Shown here: positions 8,192 to 16,763 of the stretch, piece after piece | Numbering within the stretch: position 1 is the first letter of the stretch | Layout of the letters: every line of letters begins with the position of its first letter | Source: an uncultured Eubacteriales bacterium | GTDB taxonomy: Bacteria; Bacillota; Clostridia; TANB77; RGIG9151 | Length of the DNA stretch: 17,635 nucleotides | Direction: 5' to 3' | Assembly (NCBI GenBank): GCA_964475435.1 | Contig: CAYYWT010000021.1 | Span: forward strand, 1-17,635 | Made by a program: the position numbers and the translations under genes | The notes under the pieces: generated by a model | What the model saw: the letters and a program-made list of their open reading frames with translations, nothing else | Database searches by the model: none | Told to the model about the DNA's origin: nothing

Positions 8192-8518
8192 TTACTCAAC
8201 TTCTTCAGATATAACATTAAGCATTTTAATTATCATCTCATACTTTTCAGGCTTAATTCTTCTAATTAAAAATTGTATTTCTTCTTCCATAGCTTTTCTA
8301 TCATCAGAATTAGCTCCTTCAATAAAGTACGCAACCGGCTTCCCAAGTACAGTAGATAACTCCTCTAATCTTTGAAGATTAAAACACTTATCGCCCGACT
8401 CAACTTGACTAATATAGCCAATTGAAACATTTAATTTATCCGCTAACGCCTTTTGATTCATACCTTTTTCAATTCTTAAATCCTTTATCTTTTTGCCTAT
8501 AACCTCGTAATTTAACAT
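8192..8518 (-). CDS. XRE-family helix-turn-helix transcriptional regulator
   Basis: IGKKIKDLRIEKGMNQKALADKLNVSIGYISQVESG is a Cro/C1 HTH. Start chosen at MLNYEV (ATG 8518), which has GGGGGGA upstream. Confidence 0.85.
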   Translation of the reverse strand: MLNYEVIGKKIKDLRIEKGMNQKALADKLNVSIGYISQVESGDKCFNLQRLEELSTVLGKPVAYFIEGANSDDRKAMEEEIQFLIRRIKPEKYEMIIKMLNVISEEVE

Positions 8519-8638
8519 ATATATCCCCCCATATAACCTAATTTCATTATATGTAGGCAAATTAATGTTATACAGAAACTTTGATGTATATTTTTTAAGT
8601 TTAGAGTGAGAAATATACTACTCCATAGTAAAAAAAAG

Positions 8639-8730
8639 CTGTAAAAAAACTCATCCATCATTAATATAAAGCATTGCACTATACCCAGCGAAACAAAGTA
8701 CAGTGCAATGCTTTATGAGTTTGTTTACAG
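8639..8730. repeat. 92-bp palindromic element (repeat family copy b, internally deleted relative of 7123-7360), terminator of the upstream operon
   Basis: Perfect 15-bp stem: ataaagcattgcact (8666-8680) / agtgcaatgctttat (8702-8716). Outer arms ctgtaaaaaaactcat (8639-8654) / atgagtttgtttacag (8715-8730) have 1 mismatch. The left end and the loop (cccagcgaaacaaagtac) align with copy a. Confidence 0.75.
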
Positions 8731-9597
8731 TCCTTTCAAAAAATCAATATATTGCTTAATCAACTCTTTTTCCTTACCATGGTAAGAATGATCTGCTCCA
8801 TCTATATATCCAACATCTAATTTCGCATTTTTAACAAGCTTTTTTATAAGATTAACAGTCTCATCGGCAGTTTTAGTCGTCGTTTCATTTACTGTTCCGT
8901 ACCTCATAAATAAAGGCTCTTCAATTACATTAAGCGAATCAGCTTTCCATTCTTTATCCTCATAAAATACAGTATTAAATTCACTTTCACAATTAAAAAT
9001 CGTATTAAACGTGCCGGCTGAAATAGGTTTCGGATAAAACTCAGGTCTTAGTAACTCCTTACCTTTTCCCTTCTTAATCTTAGCCTCCGCAATCGCCATC
9101 GCAATTTTATAAGCTTTTTCTCCGGCAATTTGGCGATACTTATCCGACAAAGCAGTAAGCGATAAAAGCCCAACACTCGCAACATTTACTTTTTTCTTCG
9201 GATACCAATTCAATATTTTACTGCACCCTAAACTATGGCCGACAATATTTATTTCTTTAAATCCACGTTTCTCCATAGCTTTTATAGCCGCCTCAATATC
9301 GTAATAAGCATCATATGGATTTTCAAAAGCAGTTCCGTACAAATTATCCATATTTAAATTACCCATTTGAGCTCCTCTATTGTTAAAAGTAAAATACGCA
9401 TATCCGGCTTTATTCAATTCTTCTCCGAAAATATCATCTCGCCTTTTCAAACAATCACTATACATTCCGTGTAAAAAAATAACAACTTTATCACATTTTC
9501 TTATTTGCCTAAATATACCTTTGCTTTCAGGCAAATATAGCAAACCTACCAATTTTAAATTATCCTCGGTAGTAAAAAAAACTTTAGAAATATTCAT
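8725..9597 (-). CDS. Alpha/beta-fold hydrolase (serine hydrolase, unknown substrate)
   Basis: Nucleophile elbow GHSLG (IVGHSLGCS). HG oxyanion region VIFLHGMYSD. C-terminal DGADHSYHG, with a likely catalytic His. The start ATG shares a base with the truA stop (TAATG). Confidence 0.8.
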   Translation of the reverse strand: MNISKVFFTTEDNLKLVGLLYLPESKGIFRQIRKCDKVVIFLHGMYSDCLKRRDDIFGEELNKAGYAYFTFNNRGAQMGNLNMDNLYGTAFENPYDAYYDIEAAIKAMEKRGFKEINIVGHSLGCSKILNWYPKKKVNVASVGLLSLTALSDKYRQIAGEKAYKIAMAIAEAKIKKGKGKELLRPEFYPKPISAGTFNTIFNCESEFNTVFYEDKEWKADSLNVIEEPLFMRYGTVNETTTKTADETVNLIKKLVKNAKLDVGYIDGADHSYHGKEKELIKQYIDFLKGL

Positions 9598-10334
9598 TAG
9601 TAATAAACCTCCACTAAATATAATCCTTGTGCCGGAACAGTCTTCCCCGCACGTGACCTATCTTTAGACTTTATAATATCCGTAATTTCCTCAGGTTTTA
9701 TTTTCCCAAATCCAACTTCAACAAGCGTTCCGACAATAATCCTAACCATATTATACAAAAATCCATCGCCGGTAAACAAAAAAATAATTCTTCCGTCATC
9801 ACGTTTTTTCATTTGAACCTTAGTAATAGTCCTTATCGTATCTTTTACAGAACTTCCGGATGCCATAAATCCTTTAAAATCATATGTACCCTCAAAATAT
9901 TCAGACGCTTTTTTCATCTTTTTATAATCAAGTTCTTGGTTAATATGATACTCTCTGTAAAAATCAAGCGCAGAACGTGTTTTAGAGTTATTTATGATAT
10001 ACATATATTTTTTCCCTTTTACACTATACCTTGCGTGAAACTTTTCATCCATTTCTTCCGCACTTTTTATAACAATATCTTTCGGCAAAAAGGAATTCAC
10101 GGCAATCGGTAACTTTTCAACAGGAATAGTAGAATCCGTTTTAAAATTAGCCGTTTGACCTATCGCATGAACTCCGGCATCTGTCCTTCCCGAACCATTT
10201 AACTTAATTTCCTCTCCCGTAACCTGATGAATGGCATTAGTAATCATCTCTTGAATACCAATGCCATTTTTTTGAGATTGCCAACCATTATACTTTGTAC
10301 CGTCATATTCAATAATAAACTTAATATTTCTCAA
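9597..10334 (-). CDS. truA: tRNA pseudouridine(38-40) synthase TruA
   Basis: Contains IEYDGTKYNGWQ and the catalytic GSGRTDAGVHA motif. The ORF track starts at TTG 10343, but GGAGGA abuts that codon with no spacer. TTG 10334 (MRNIKF..) has 9-nt spacing, so it is preferred. The start is uncertain by 9 nt. Confidence 0.92.
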   Translation of the reverse strand: MRNIKFIIEYDGTKYNGWQSQKNGIGIQEMITNAIHQVTGEEIKLNGSGRTDAGVHAIGQTANFKTDSTIPVEKLPIAVNSFLPKDIVIKSAEEMDEKFHARYSVKGKKYMYIINNSKTRSALDFYREYHINQELDYKKMKKASEYFEGTYDFKGFMASGSSVKDTIRTITKVQMKKRDDGRIIFLFTGDGFLYNMVRIIVGTLVEVGFGKIKPEEITDIIKSKDRSRAGKTVPAQGLYLVEVYY

Positions 10335-10336
10335 AA

Positions 10337-10957
10337 CTAACAATCCTCCAATTTCAATACATCTTTATTTTTCACAATATAATCATAACCGGAAAATATA
10401 GTCGCAACAGTCGCAACAGCAACCATAATTATAGCTAAAATTCCAACAACTCCTTCAACCGGAGCAACATTAAAATTAGCAATTAAATTTTGGAACTTTT
10501 GAACCATAAATATATCTGATTCATCAGCAGGAAGTCTGTAATTATCTATCAACAATAAAGAAATCGCAATAATTTGAGTAACTGTTTTCATTTTTCCCCA
10601 AATACTTGCAGCAATTACTCTACCTTCGTTACTGGCAATTAATCTAATTCCTGTAACAATAAACTCCCTTGCTATAATCACAGTAGCAATCCAAGAAGGC
10701 AATTTATCTTGACCAACTAAAGCAATTAACGCCGCAGCAACTAAAAGTTTATCAGCCAAAGGGTCTAAAAATTTACCAAAGTTCGTAACTAAATTTTTAG
10801 AACGAGCCAATCTACCATCAATAAAATCCGTAAGCGATGCAACAATAAATATAAAAAAGGCAATTAAATTAGCATACGGAACAGGTAAAAACATAACTAT
10901 CATAAAAATAGGCACTAAAAAAATTCTAACTAACGTTATTTTGTTTGGTAAATTCAT
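10337..10957 (-). CDS. pgsA: CDP-diacylglycerol--glycerol-3-phosphate 3-phosphatidyltransferase (CDP-alcohol phosphatidyltransferase family)
   Basis: Signature DGx2ARx8Gx3Dx3D: DFIDGRLARSKNLVTNFGKFLDPLADK. Multiple TM helices. Start chosen at MNLPNK (ATG 10957), which has GGAGGA 7 nt upstream. Confidence 0.9.
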   Translation of the reverse strand: MNLPNKITLVRIFLVPIFMIVMFLPVPYANLIAFFIFIVASLTDFIDGRLARSKNLVTNFGKFLDPLADKLLVAAALIALVGQDKLPSWIATVIIAREFIVTGIRLIASNEGRVIAASIWGKMKTVTQIIAISLLLIDNYRLPADESDIFMVQKFQNLIANFNVAPVEGVVGILAIIMVAVATVATIFSGYDYIVKNKDVLKLEDC

Positions 10958-10975
10958 AAAAATTTCCTCCATTCT

Positions 10976-11665
10976 TTAATTTCTAATTAAAATAGGCATA
11001 AAATTAAGCAAATCACAAGATGTACATAAAAATTTAATTCCTTCTTTATCATACTCCATATAATCAGACTTACCGTGAAGATGTCCGAAAATACACAACT
11101 TTACACCATATCTTTTTAATATATCAACATATTCCGCATTAATCCCTAAGTTGTAATGAAGCATAACAATAAATTCACTGTACCCCGCCTTTATCGCTTC
11201 CTCAAGCGAGCGAATTAATCTCATTTTTTCACGCTCATAAGCCTTTTTATCAGTTTCTTCATCTACATCCGTACTACCAAGTTCCCAACCTCTTGTACCA
11301 CAAACAGCGACGTTATCCAACCCTACAAAAGAATTATGAATAAACTCAACAGAATCAAACTCATTTTCCTTTTTAAATAATTTAAGTTTATTTTGAGTTT
11401 CCCACCAATAATCGTGATTACCTTTAATCATAATTTTTTTCCCCGGTAATGACTCTAAAAACTTAAAATCCGGAATAGTTTCCTCTAAATACATTCCCCA
11501 TGAAAAATCGCCGGCAAGCAAGACTACATCTTCCGGCTTTATATTTTTTAGCCAATTTTCTTTTATTTTTTCTTCATACGCCACCCAATTTTTCCCGAAT
11601 ACATCCATAGGCTTATCTTTTACTCCAAAAGATAAATGGAAATCGGAAATCGCCCAAATTGCCAT
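10976..11665 (-). CDS. Metallophosphoesterase (calcineurin-like phosphoesterase family)
   Basis: Metal-binding motifs: SDFH (AISDFHL), GDFSW, GNHDYWW, GHLHG. Confidence 0.85.
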   Translation of the reverse strand: MAIWAISDFHLSFGVKDKPMDVFGKNWVAYEEKIKENWLKNIKPEDVVLLAGDFSWGMYLEETIPDFKFLESLPGKKIMIKGNHDYWWETQNKLKLFKKENEFDSVEFIHNSFVGLDNVAVCGTRGWELGSTDVDEETDKKAYEREKMRLIRSLEEAIKAGYSEFIVMLHYNLGINAEYVDILKRYGVKLCIFGHLHGKSDYMEYDKEGIKFLCTSCDLLNFMPILIRN

Positions 11666-11680
11666 ATTTATTACTTCTCC

Positions 11681-12451
11681 TTATTCATATCTTTTCAACT
11701 CATAATTTAGCTCATTAAAATACTCTATAATTTCAGCCACAGCATCCGCAGTCTTTTGCTTTCCATAAGTATCATGCATTATAACAGTAACATCTTTTCT
11801 AGTTCCCATAGTATCCTTTACAGCCTTTACCAAGTCTTCGGCTTTCGTCGTAAAAGTTCTCGAATCATAACTTTCGCAATTCCAACCTATTACGCTAAGT
11901 CCCTTCTCAGTTAAGTACTCTTTATATGAGCTTCCTATTTTTGTTCCATATGGAATTCTAAAAAACTTAGGAGCCTCACCTATAATATCATATACCACAT
12001 CGTATGTCTTGTCCACCTCTTCTTTAAAAGCTGTTAACGAATTAAACATACTTTTTTTATGAGTATAAGAATGAAGTCCTATGGTATGCCCTTCATCATA
12101 AGCTCTTTTAACAAGTTCAGGATGACTCTTTGCATAGCTTCCTATTACAAAAAACGTAGCCTTCACATTTTTTTCTTTTAACGTATCTAAAATTTGAGGC
12201 GTAATTGTAGTAGAAGGGCCATCATCAAAAGTAAGATATGCAACTCCGTCATAAATGTGTTCTTCTATCGGTTCATCAATTATCGGCTCCGGTTCAGGTT
12301 CTACCAATAATTTATCCATAGTATCATCTGACGTAATTATACCGGGATTAAAAACATCCGCATATACCGCTTGACGTTCCGACGTAGTCATCGCCACACA
12401 TACAGTCGCCAAAACCGCAAAACACAAAAACAAAGTTGTAACCTTTTTCAT
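11681..12451 (-). CDS. Secreted polysaccharide/peptidoglycan deacetylase (NodB homology domain, CE4)
   Basis: N-terminal signal sequence MKKVTTLFLCFAVLATVCVA. CE4 motifs TFDDGP, HSYTH, RIPYG. Confidence 0.9.
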   Translation of the reverse strand: MKKVTTLFLCFAVLATVCVAMTTSERQAVYADVFNPGIITSDDTMDKLLVEPEPEPIIDEPIEEHIYDGVAYLTFDDGPSTTITPQILDTLKEKNVKATFFVIGSYAKSHPELVKRAYDEGHTIGLHSYTHKKSMFNSLTAFKEEVDKTYDVVYDIIGEAPKFFRIPYGTKIGSSYKEYLTEKGLSVIGWNCESYDSRTFTTKAEDLVKAVKDTMGTRKDVTVIMHDTYGKQKTADAVAEIIEYFNELNYELKRYE

Positions 12452-12463
12452 TTAACTTTCCTC

Positions 12464-13159
12464 CTAATTTTGTTCTTTTAACGTCTTTCTCCATGCAAAC
12501 ATCCCATAAATCGAATTTATTAAATATATAGCCCACATAATCAACAATTCTACATCATTCATATTATTAAAATTAATCACTATAAACATTACAAGTCCGA
12601 AGAAATCCGAAATTATAAATAAAACCCACTGTTCAATATACTTTTTAGTCATTAAAAACGTAGCAACACATACCGAAACAGAAACAATCGCATCTAACCA
12701 TACATTACTTCCGTTAAAAAAATTATCGGAAATAATAGCAAAAGCACAAACAGCCCCAATCATCGCACCACTTAAAATTATTCGTCCCGATTTACTAAGT
12801 CGCTTTATTCCGGATTTTTCTTTACCATCTTTTCTACTCCAATTAATGTAACCGTAAATCAAAATCGGGAAACTATAAAATAAATTATAGCTCATACTAA
12901 GATATAATTCTTTAGAATAACAAACAATCGCATATAGTATAACATTAGCAATACCGAAAAAATACGCGAATTTTGACTGCTTCGCTATTCCGAAAACATA
13001 AGTTACGCCACATATAGCTAAAACTCCCGAAATCAACTCTATAACAACATTAGAATCAGAATTTACTATAAATAAAAATTTATATATACTTCCTAAAAGA
13101 ATTAGTACTACCGAAAAAGCCACCCATAATTTATCATATTTACTCCATTTAGTTCCCAT
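12464..13159 (-). CDS. pnuC: PnuC-family nicotinamide riboside (vitamin) transporter
   Basis: Polytopic membrane protein containing ..AKQSKFAYFFGIANVILYAIVCYSKELYLSMSYNLFYSFPILIYGYINW.., typical of PF04973. The start is uncertain. ATG 13159 (MGTKWSKYDKLW) is preferred. The ORF track's GTG 13225 has no SD. Confidence 0.8.
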   Translation of the reverse strand: MGTKWSKYDKLWVAFSVVLILLGSIYKFLFIVNSDSNVVIELISGVLAICGVTYVFGIAKQSKFAYFFGIANVILYAIVCYSKELYLSMSYNLFYSFPILIYGYINWSRKDGKEKSGIKRLSKSGRIILSGAMIGAVCAFAIISDNFFNGSNVWLDAIVSVSVCVATFLMTKKYIEQWVLFIISDFFGLVMFIVINFNNMNDVELLIMWAIYLINSIYGMFAWRKTLKEQN

Positions 13160-13261
13160 ATCATCAAAATCCCTTCCTACGATATTTTCATCGACATTTA
13201 AAATAAAAAATTTATATATTTTCACATTAAATTTTCGTTACTATTCAGTCTACTTGTTTCA

Positions 13262-13381
13262 AAAAGATAATATCATTAGTTTAAAGAGCGAGTTCCACAG
13301 TTGAAAAATTCAAAATAAGAATTTAATCGAATTTTTCAACGAGGACGTGTTTGAGCGGGAAAACTAATGATATTATCTTTT
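13262..13381. repeat. 120-bp palindromic element in the pnuC-operon leader (element c)
   Basis: Perfect 21-bp outer stem: aaaagataatatcattagttt (13262-13282) / aaactaatgatattatctttt (13361-13381). Perfect 12-bp inner stem: gttgaaaaattc (13300-13311) / gaatttttcaac (13329-13340). Confidence 0.8.
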
Positions 13382-13421
13382 GATAAGTAATTAAGTCTGA
13401 CCTGTAACAAATTTTAAAGAC

Positions 13422-13460
13422 AAAAAGAAAAACGTATAATTATTGATAAACTTTTATACG
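13422..13460 (-). terminator. Weak intrinsic terminator after rsmI
   Basis: 7-bp stem cgtataa (13433-13439) / ttatacg (13454-13460) with a 14-nt loop. On the minus strand it is followed by TTTTTCTTTTT. Confidence 0.4.
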
Positions 13461-13480
13461 CTTTTCAAAACGAAAACTAT

Positions 13481-14311
13481 TTACACATTCAATTCCCCAT
13501 ATATCTCTCTTTTAGAAACGCCTCTGTCTGATGCAACTTTTTTCGTAGCATCCATTCTAGCCAATCCCTTAGCCAAATAATACTCATAATGTTCATCTAT
13601 CGTCATATCTTGCCAAAACGTTTCTTTTATAGACTCTCCTTTATATCCTTCAACCACAACAACAAATTCACCTTTAGGCGGTTCATCATTATATTTTTCT
13701 ATCGCTTCGTCTAAAGTACATCTTATAATTTCTTCGTGAATTTTAGTCATCTCACGCGCTAAGGCGATGTTCCTGTTTCCAAAATACTCTCTCATATCTT
13801 TTAGGGTACTTTTTAACTTATGCGGAGCTTCATAAAAAATCATAGTTCTTTGTTCACGCTCTAAATCTCCAAGCCTGTCCTTTCTGTTTTTCTTATTCAT
13901 AGGAAGAAAACCTTCAAACGAAAACCTACCCGTAGTTAAACCTGAAACAATAAGAGCAGAAGTCGCAGCAACAGGTCCCGGAACCGGAACAACAGTTATA
14001 TTTTCATCTATCGCCATTCTTACCAATTCTTCACCCGGATCAGAAATCGCAGGAGTTCCGGCATCAGATACAAGAGCTATATTTTTCCCTTCTTTTAGCA
14101 AAGAAACTATATACTCGCCTTTTTTATCTTCATTATGTCTAAAAAAACTCGTAAGAGGCTTTGAAATTTCAAAATGATTTAATAATTTAATAGTTTGCCT
14201 GGTATCTTCAGCCGCGATAATATCTACTTCTTTCAATACTCTAATCGCCCTTAAAGTAATATCTTCTAAATTACCAATCGGCGTAGAAACCAAATATAAA
14301 ATTCCGCTCAT
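13481..14311 (-). CDS. rsmI: 16S rRNA (cytidine1402-2'-O)-methyltransferase RsmI
   Basis: The N-terminus GILYLVSTPIGNLEDITLRAIRVLKEVDIIAAEDTR is the RsmI/tetrapyrrole-methylase fold. Start chosen at MSGILY (ATG 14311), which has GGAGGA 7 nt upstream. Confidence 0.93.
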   Translation of the reverse strand: MSGILYLVSTPIGNLEDITLRAIRVLKEVDIIAAEDTRQTIKLLNHFEISKPLTSFFRHNEDKKGEYIVSLLKEGKNIALVSDAGTPAISDPGEELVRMAIDENITVVPVPGPVAATSALIVSGLTTGRFSFEGFLPMNKKNRKDRLGDLEREQRTMIFYEAPHKLKSTLKDMREYFGNRNIALAREMTKIHEEIIRCTLDEAIEKYNDEPPKGEFVVVVEGYKGESIKETFWQDMTIDEHYEYYLAKGLARMDATKKVASDRGVSKREIYGELNV

Positions 14312-14338
14312 AAAAATATCCTCCAATATGTATAACTA

Positions 14339-14421
14339 TTGAGATTGTAAAAAGCAATTTTTATTTCTCGTGGCAAAGCACAACATTTTATTTAACAAAA
14401 AATAATTTCCTACAATCTCAA
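14339..14421. repeat. 83-bp inverted-repeat element between lysC and rsmI (element d), related to the 7123-7360 family
   Basis: 11-bp arms: ttgagattgta (14339-14349) / tacaatctcaa (14411-14421). The internal gtaaaaagcaatttttatttctcgtggca resembles gacaaaaaagcaatttttgtttcgcttggta at 7280-7310. Confidence 0.6.
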
Positions 14422-14431
14422 CAGAAAAAAT

Positions 14432-15592
14432 TTAATTTACCATTTTATTATGAATCGAATTAAGTGCTGTGTCAACATCTTTATTATCAACTATAACAGA
14501 AAACTTTATCTCAGAACTGCTTATTAATTTAATCTCTACATTGCTTTCAACAAGAGCTTCGTACAATTTTTTAACAACTTCCGGTTTATCGATCATTCCA
14601 CATCCTACCAAAGAAACTTTCCCACAATTCGGTATAAACTCAACTCGGTAATCATCAGCTAAAATCTCCTTTATTTTTTCCACTTTTTCATTTTTAACAG
14701 TAAAAGAAATCTCATTCATTCCAATACTTTGACCAATCACATCAACATTAATTCCATTATCAGCTAACTTAGTAAATACAGAATACGATTTATCTAAATC
14801 GTAAACAGTGACAATAGTTACATCTCTATCAGCAGTAAAACCTGTAACTAAAGCATTTTCAAAACCACTATTTTCTATTTTTGTTCCCTCCTCATCCGAA
14901 AAACTTCCCGAAGAAGTTAATTTAACATTATATTTTTTCGCCAATTCAACTGCCCTGTTATTAAGTACCTTCGCTCCTAAACTCGCTAATTCAAGCATAG
15001 TATCATATTGAATAGAATTTAGCTTTACCGCATTTTTTACAACCCGCGGATCAGCTGTATAAATTCCGTCAACATCACTATATATCTCACATCTATCCGC
15101 TTTAAGAGCGTGTGCCAAAGCAACAGCAGTAGTATCAGAACCGCCTCTACCCAAAGTCGTAATATCGCCAAATTCGTCTACACCTTGAAATCCGGCAACA
15201 ATAACAACATTTCCTTTAGCCAACTCGTCAAAAATCCTATATGGTCTAATTTTATCTATACGAGCATTAAGATGTCCGTTATCAGTAAAAATTCCTGCCT
15301 GTTCACCGGTAAGTGAAACGGCAGGAACACCTATTTTATTTAAAGTCATAACTAAAAGCGTCATAGACTGCATTTCTCCGGTAGATAATAAAACATCCAT
15401 TTCCCTATCAGAAACATAATTACTAATAGAACGTGCTTTTTCAATTAATAAATCAGTAGTTTTTCCCTGCGCCGAAACGACAACAACAACGTCATTTCCA
15501 GTATCTTTACTCTTCTTTATCCTATATGCAACATTCATTAATTTTTCATTATCCGCAACAGAACTGCCACCGTATTTTTGTACAATTATCAT
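14432..15592 (-). CDS. lysC: Aspartate kinase (aspartokinase with C-terminal ACT domains)
   Basis: Contains IIVQKYGGSSV, GRGGSDTTAVALA and DVDGIYTADPR, plus two ACT-like C-terminal repeats. Start chosen at MIIVQKYGG (ATG 15592), 9 nt after AAAGGA. Confidence 0.93.
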   Translation of the reverse strand: MIIVQKYGGSSVADNEKLMNVAYRIKKSKDTGNDVVVVVSAQGKTTDLLIEKARSISNYVSDREMDVLLSTGEMQSMTLLVMTLNKIGVPAVSLTGEQAGIFTDNGHLNARIDKIRPYRIFDELAKGNVVIVAGFQGVDEFGDITTLGRGGSDTTAVALAHALKADRCEIYSDVDGIYTADPRVVKNAVKLNSIQYDTMLELASLGAKVLNNRAVELAKKYNVKLTSSGSFSDEEGTKIENSGFENALVTGFTADRDVTIVTVYDLDKSYSVFTKLADNGINVDVIGQSIGMNEISFTVKNEKVEKIKEILADDYRVEFIPNCGKVSLVGCGMIDKPEVVKKLYEALVESNVEIKLISSSEIKFSVIVDNKDVDTALNSIHNKMVN

Positions 15593-15650
15593 GTTATTCA
15601 TTCCTTTCAATCGGCATAACTTGGTAAGTACACGCCTACAATAACATAAT

Positions 15651-15658
15651 ATTATACA
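15651..15658 (-). promoter_or_regulatory. Extended -10 element TGTATAAT upstream of lysC
   Basis: Minus strand reads ..catttgTATAATatt.. about 55 nt upstream of the start. No good -35 was found. Confidence 0.4.
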
Positions 15659-15674
15659 AATGTTTATTTTGACA

Positions 15675-16688
15675 CTACTTTCTTTGAAGTCTTAAATCAT
15701 TTCCAAAAAATCTGCAAATTTCAAAATTTCCCAAAATTCTCGACATAATTCTTTGATCGTAATAATTCACTAAATCTTTTAAATCCTTATTTGTAGAAAT
15801 TAAAGTCTTCGTCCCCTTTTTATAAGCATTTAAAAGACGAGTATTTAAAATATTAAACAACTCAGAACGTCTGGCTTCAGTCATATTTTCCGAACCTAAA
15901 TCATCAATAATCAGTAAATCAACATTGAATAACTCATCATATTGAGACTCATCAAAATTCTCCGTATCTCCCTTTCTATAATCCATAACTAAATCCATAA
16001 GTCTTCCGGAAGTTTGGTATAAAACTGTTTTTCCGCTATCTAGAACAGCTTTAGCAATGGAATTACTTAAAAACGTTTTACCAAGACCTGTCCCCCCTGT
16101 AAAAAGTAAACTCTTCGTATCTTTTTTATCAAAATTCTTAACAAAATTCTCAGAAATCTCTTTTATTCTCAAAATATTCTCCCTAGGAGACTTTGAACTT
16201 CCATAAGCCTTTTCATTAACCTCATCCGAAAAAATATTCGCGTTAAATGTATCAAAATTCTCTTTATCTATATTATATATTTGAGACTGATTATATGTAT
16301 AATCAATTAATTTTTGTCTAAAGCAAGAACAATTTTTAGCTCCGGTTATACTTCCTATAATACCTGTATCTTCACATATTTTACAAACGAAATTAGGCTT
16401 TAAATATTCCTCATCAACGCCCATATTTTTTAAGATAACAGCTTTTTGGTTCTTCAACGCCTCTATCTTCTCGTTTAACTCATTTACAGCTTCAATTCTT
16501 TTAGAATCGTCATCAATAAAAATAATCGACTTAGTAACTTCCATACCTATCTTTTTAATCTTATCATCTATCTCTAAAATTTGAGGCTCTTTTTCATAAA
16601 TTTCCTTCTTCTTTCTTTCAACTTCAGCCAAAGCCGAATTACGATTATTTTCGTACTCCTGTTGAATTTTTCTATATATATCTTGCAT
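15675..16688 (-). CDS. DnaC/DnaI/IstB-like AAA+ ATPase (putative helicase loader) with N-terminal coiled coil and Cys-rich zinc-ribbon-like motif
   Basis: Walker A GGTGLGKTFL. Walker B LLIIDDLG. CKICEDTG..(x13)..CSC. Start chosen at MQDIYRK (ATG 16688), which has GGAGGT 6 nt upstream. Confidence 0.8.
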   Translation of the reverse strand: MQDIYRKIQQEYENNRNSALAEVERKKKEIYEKEPQILEIDDKIKKIGMEVTKSIIFIDDDSKRIEAVNELNEKIEALKNQKAVILKNMGVDEEYLKPNFVCKICEDTGIIGSITGAKNCSCFRQKLIDYTYNQSQIYNIDKENFDTFNANIFSDEVNEKAYGSSKSPRENILRIKEISENFVKNFDKKDTKSLLFTGGTGLGKTFLSNSIAKAVLDSGKTVLYQTSGRLMDLVMDYRKGDTENFDESQYDELFNVDLLIIDDLGSENMTEARRSELFNILNTRLLNAYKKGTKTLISTNKDLKDLVNYYDQRIMSRILGNFEICRFFGNDLRLQRK

Positions 16689-16763
16689 AAGTTTACCTCC
16701 CATATAAATTACCTACGTTCATTATAACACAAAAACCGTAATTTTTCATATTTTCTATTCCTC

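Noticed and set aside
13392-13412. Possible NiaR/NadR-type operator (aagtctgacctgtaacaa, containing GTCnGAC) upstream of pnuC
   Set aside because: Only a short imperfect palindrome is present. I cannot recall the regulator consensus precisely enough to claim a match.
9380-15316. Other short overlapping ORFs (9380-9667+, 9813-10112+, 12348-12536-, 14469-14651+, 14808-15011+, 15110-15316+)
   Set aside because: All overlap strongly supported genes, either on the opposite strand or in another frame, and have no independent coding signal.
15593-15674. Lysine (L-box) riboswitch upstream of aspartokinase
   Set aside because: The intergenic space is only 82 nt, which is too short for an L-box. It contains just an extended -10 promoter and the SD.
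5336-16703. N-terminal extensions in the ORF track (hisS to 5398, HEPN to 8099, XRE to 8560, pgsA to 10972, rsmI to 14326, lysC to 15610, DnaC-like to 16703)
   Set aside because: In each case an internal ATG has a GGAGG-type SD at 5-9 nt and gives the canonical protein N-terminus. The upstream start overlaps the SD or the promoter.
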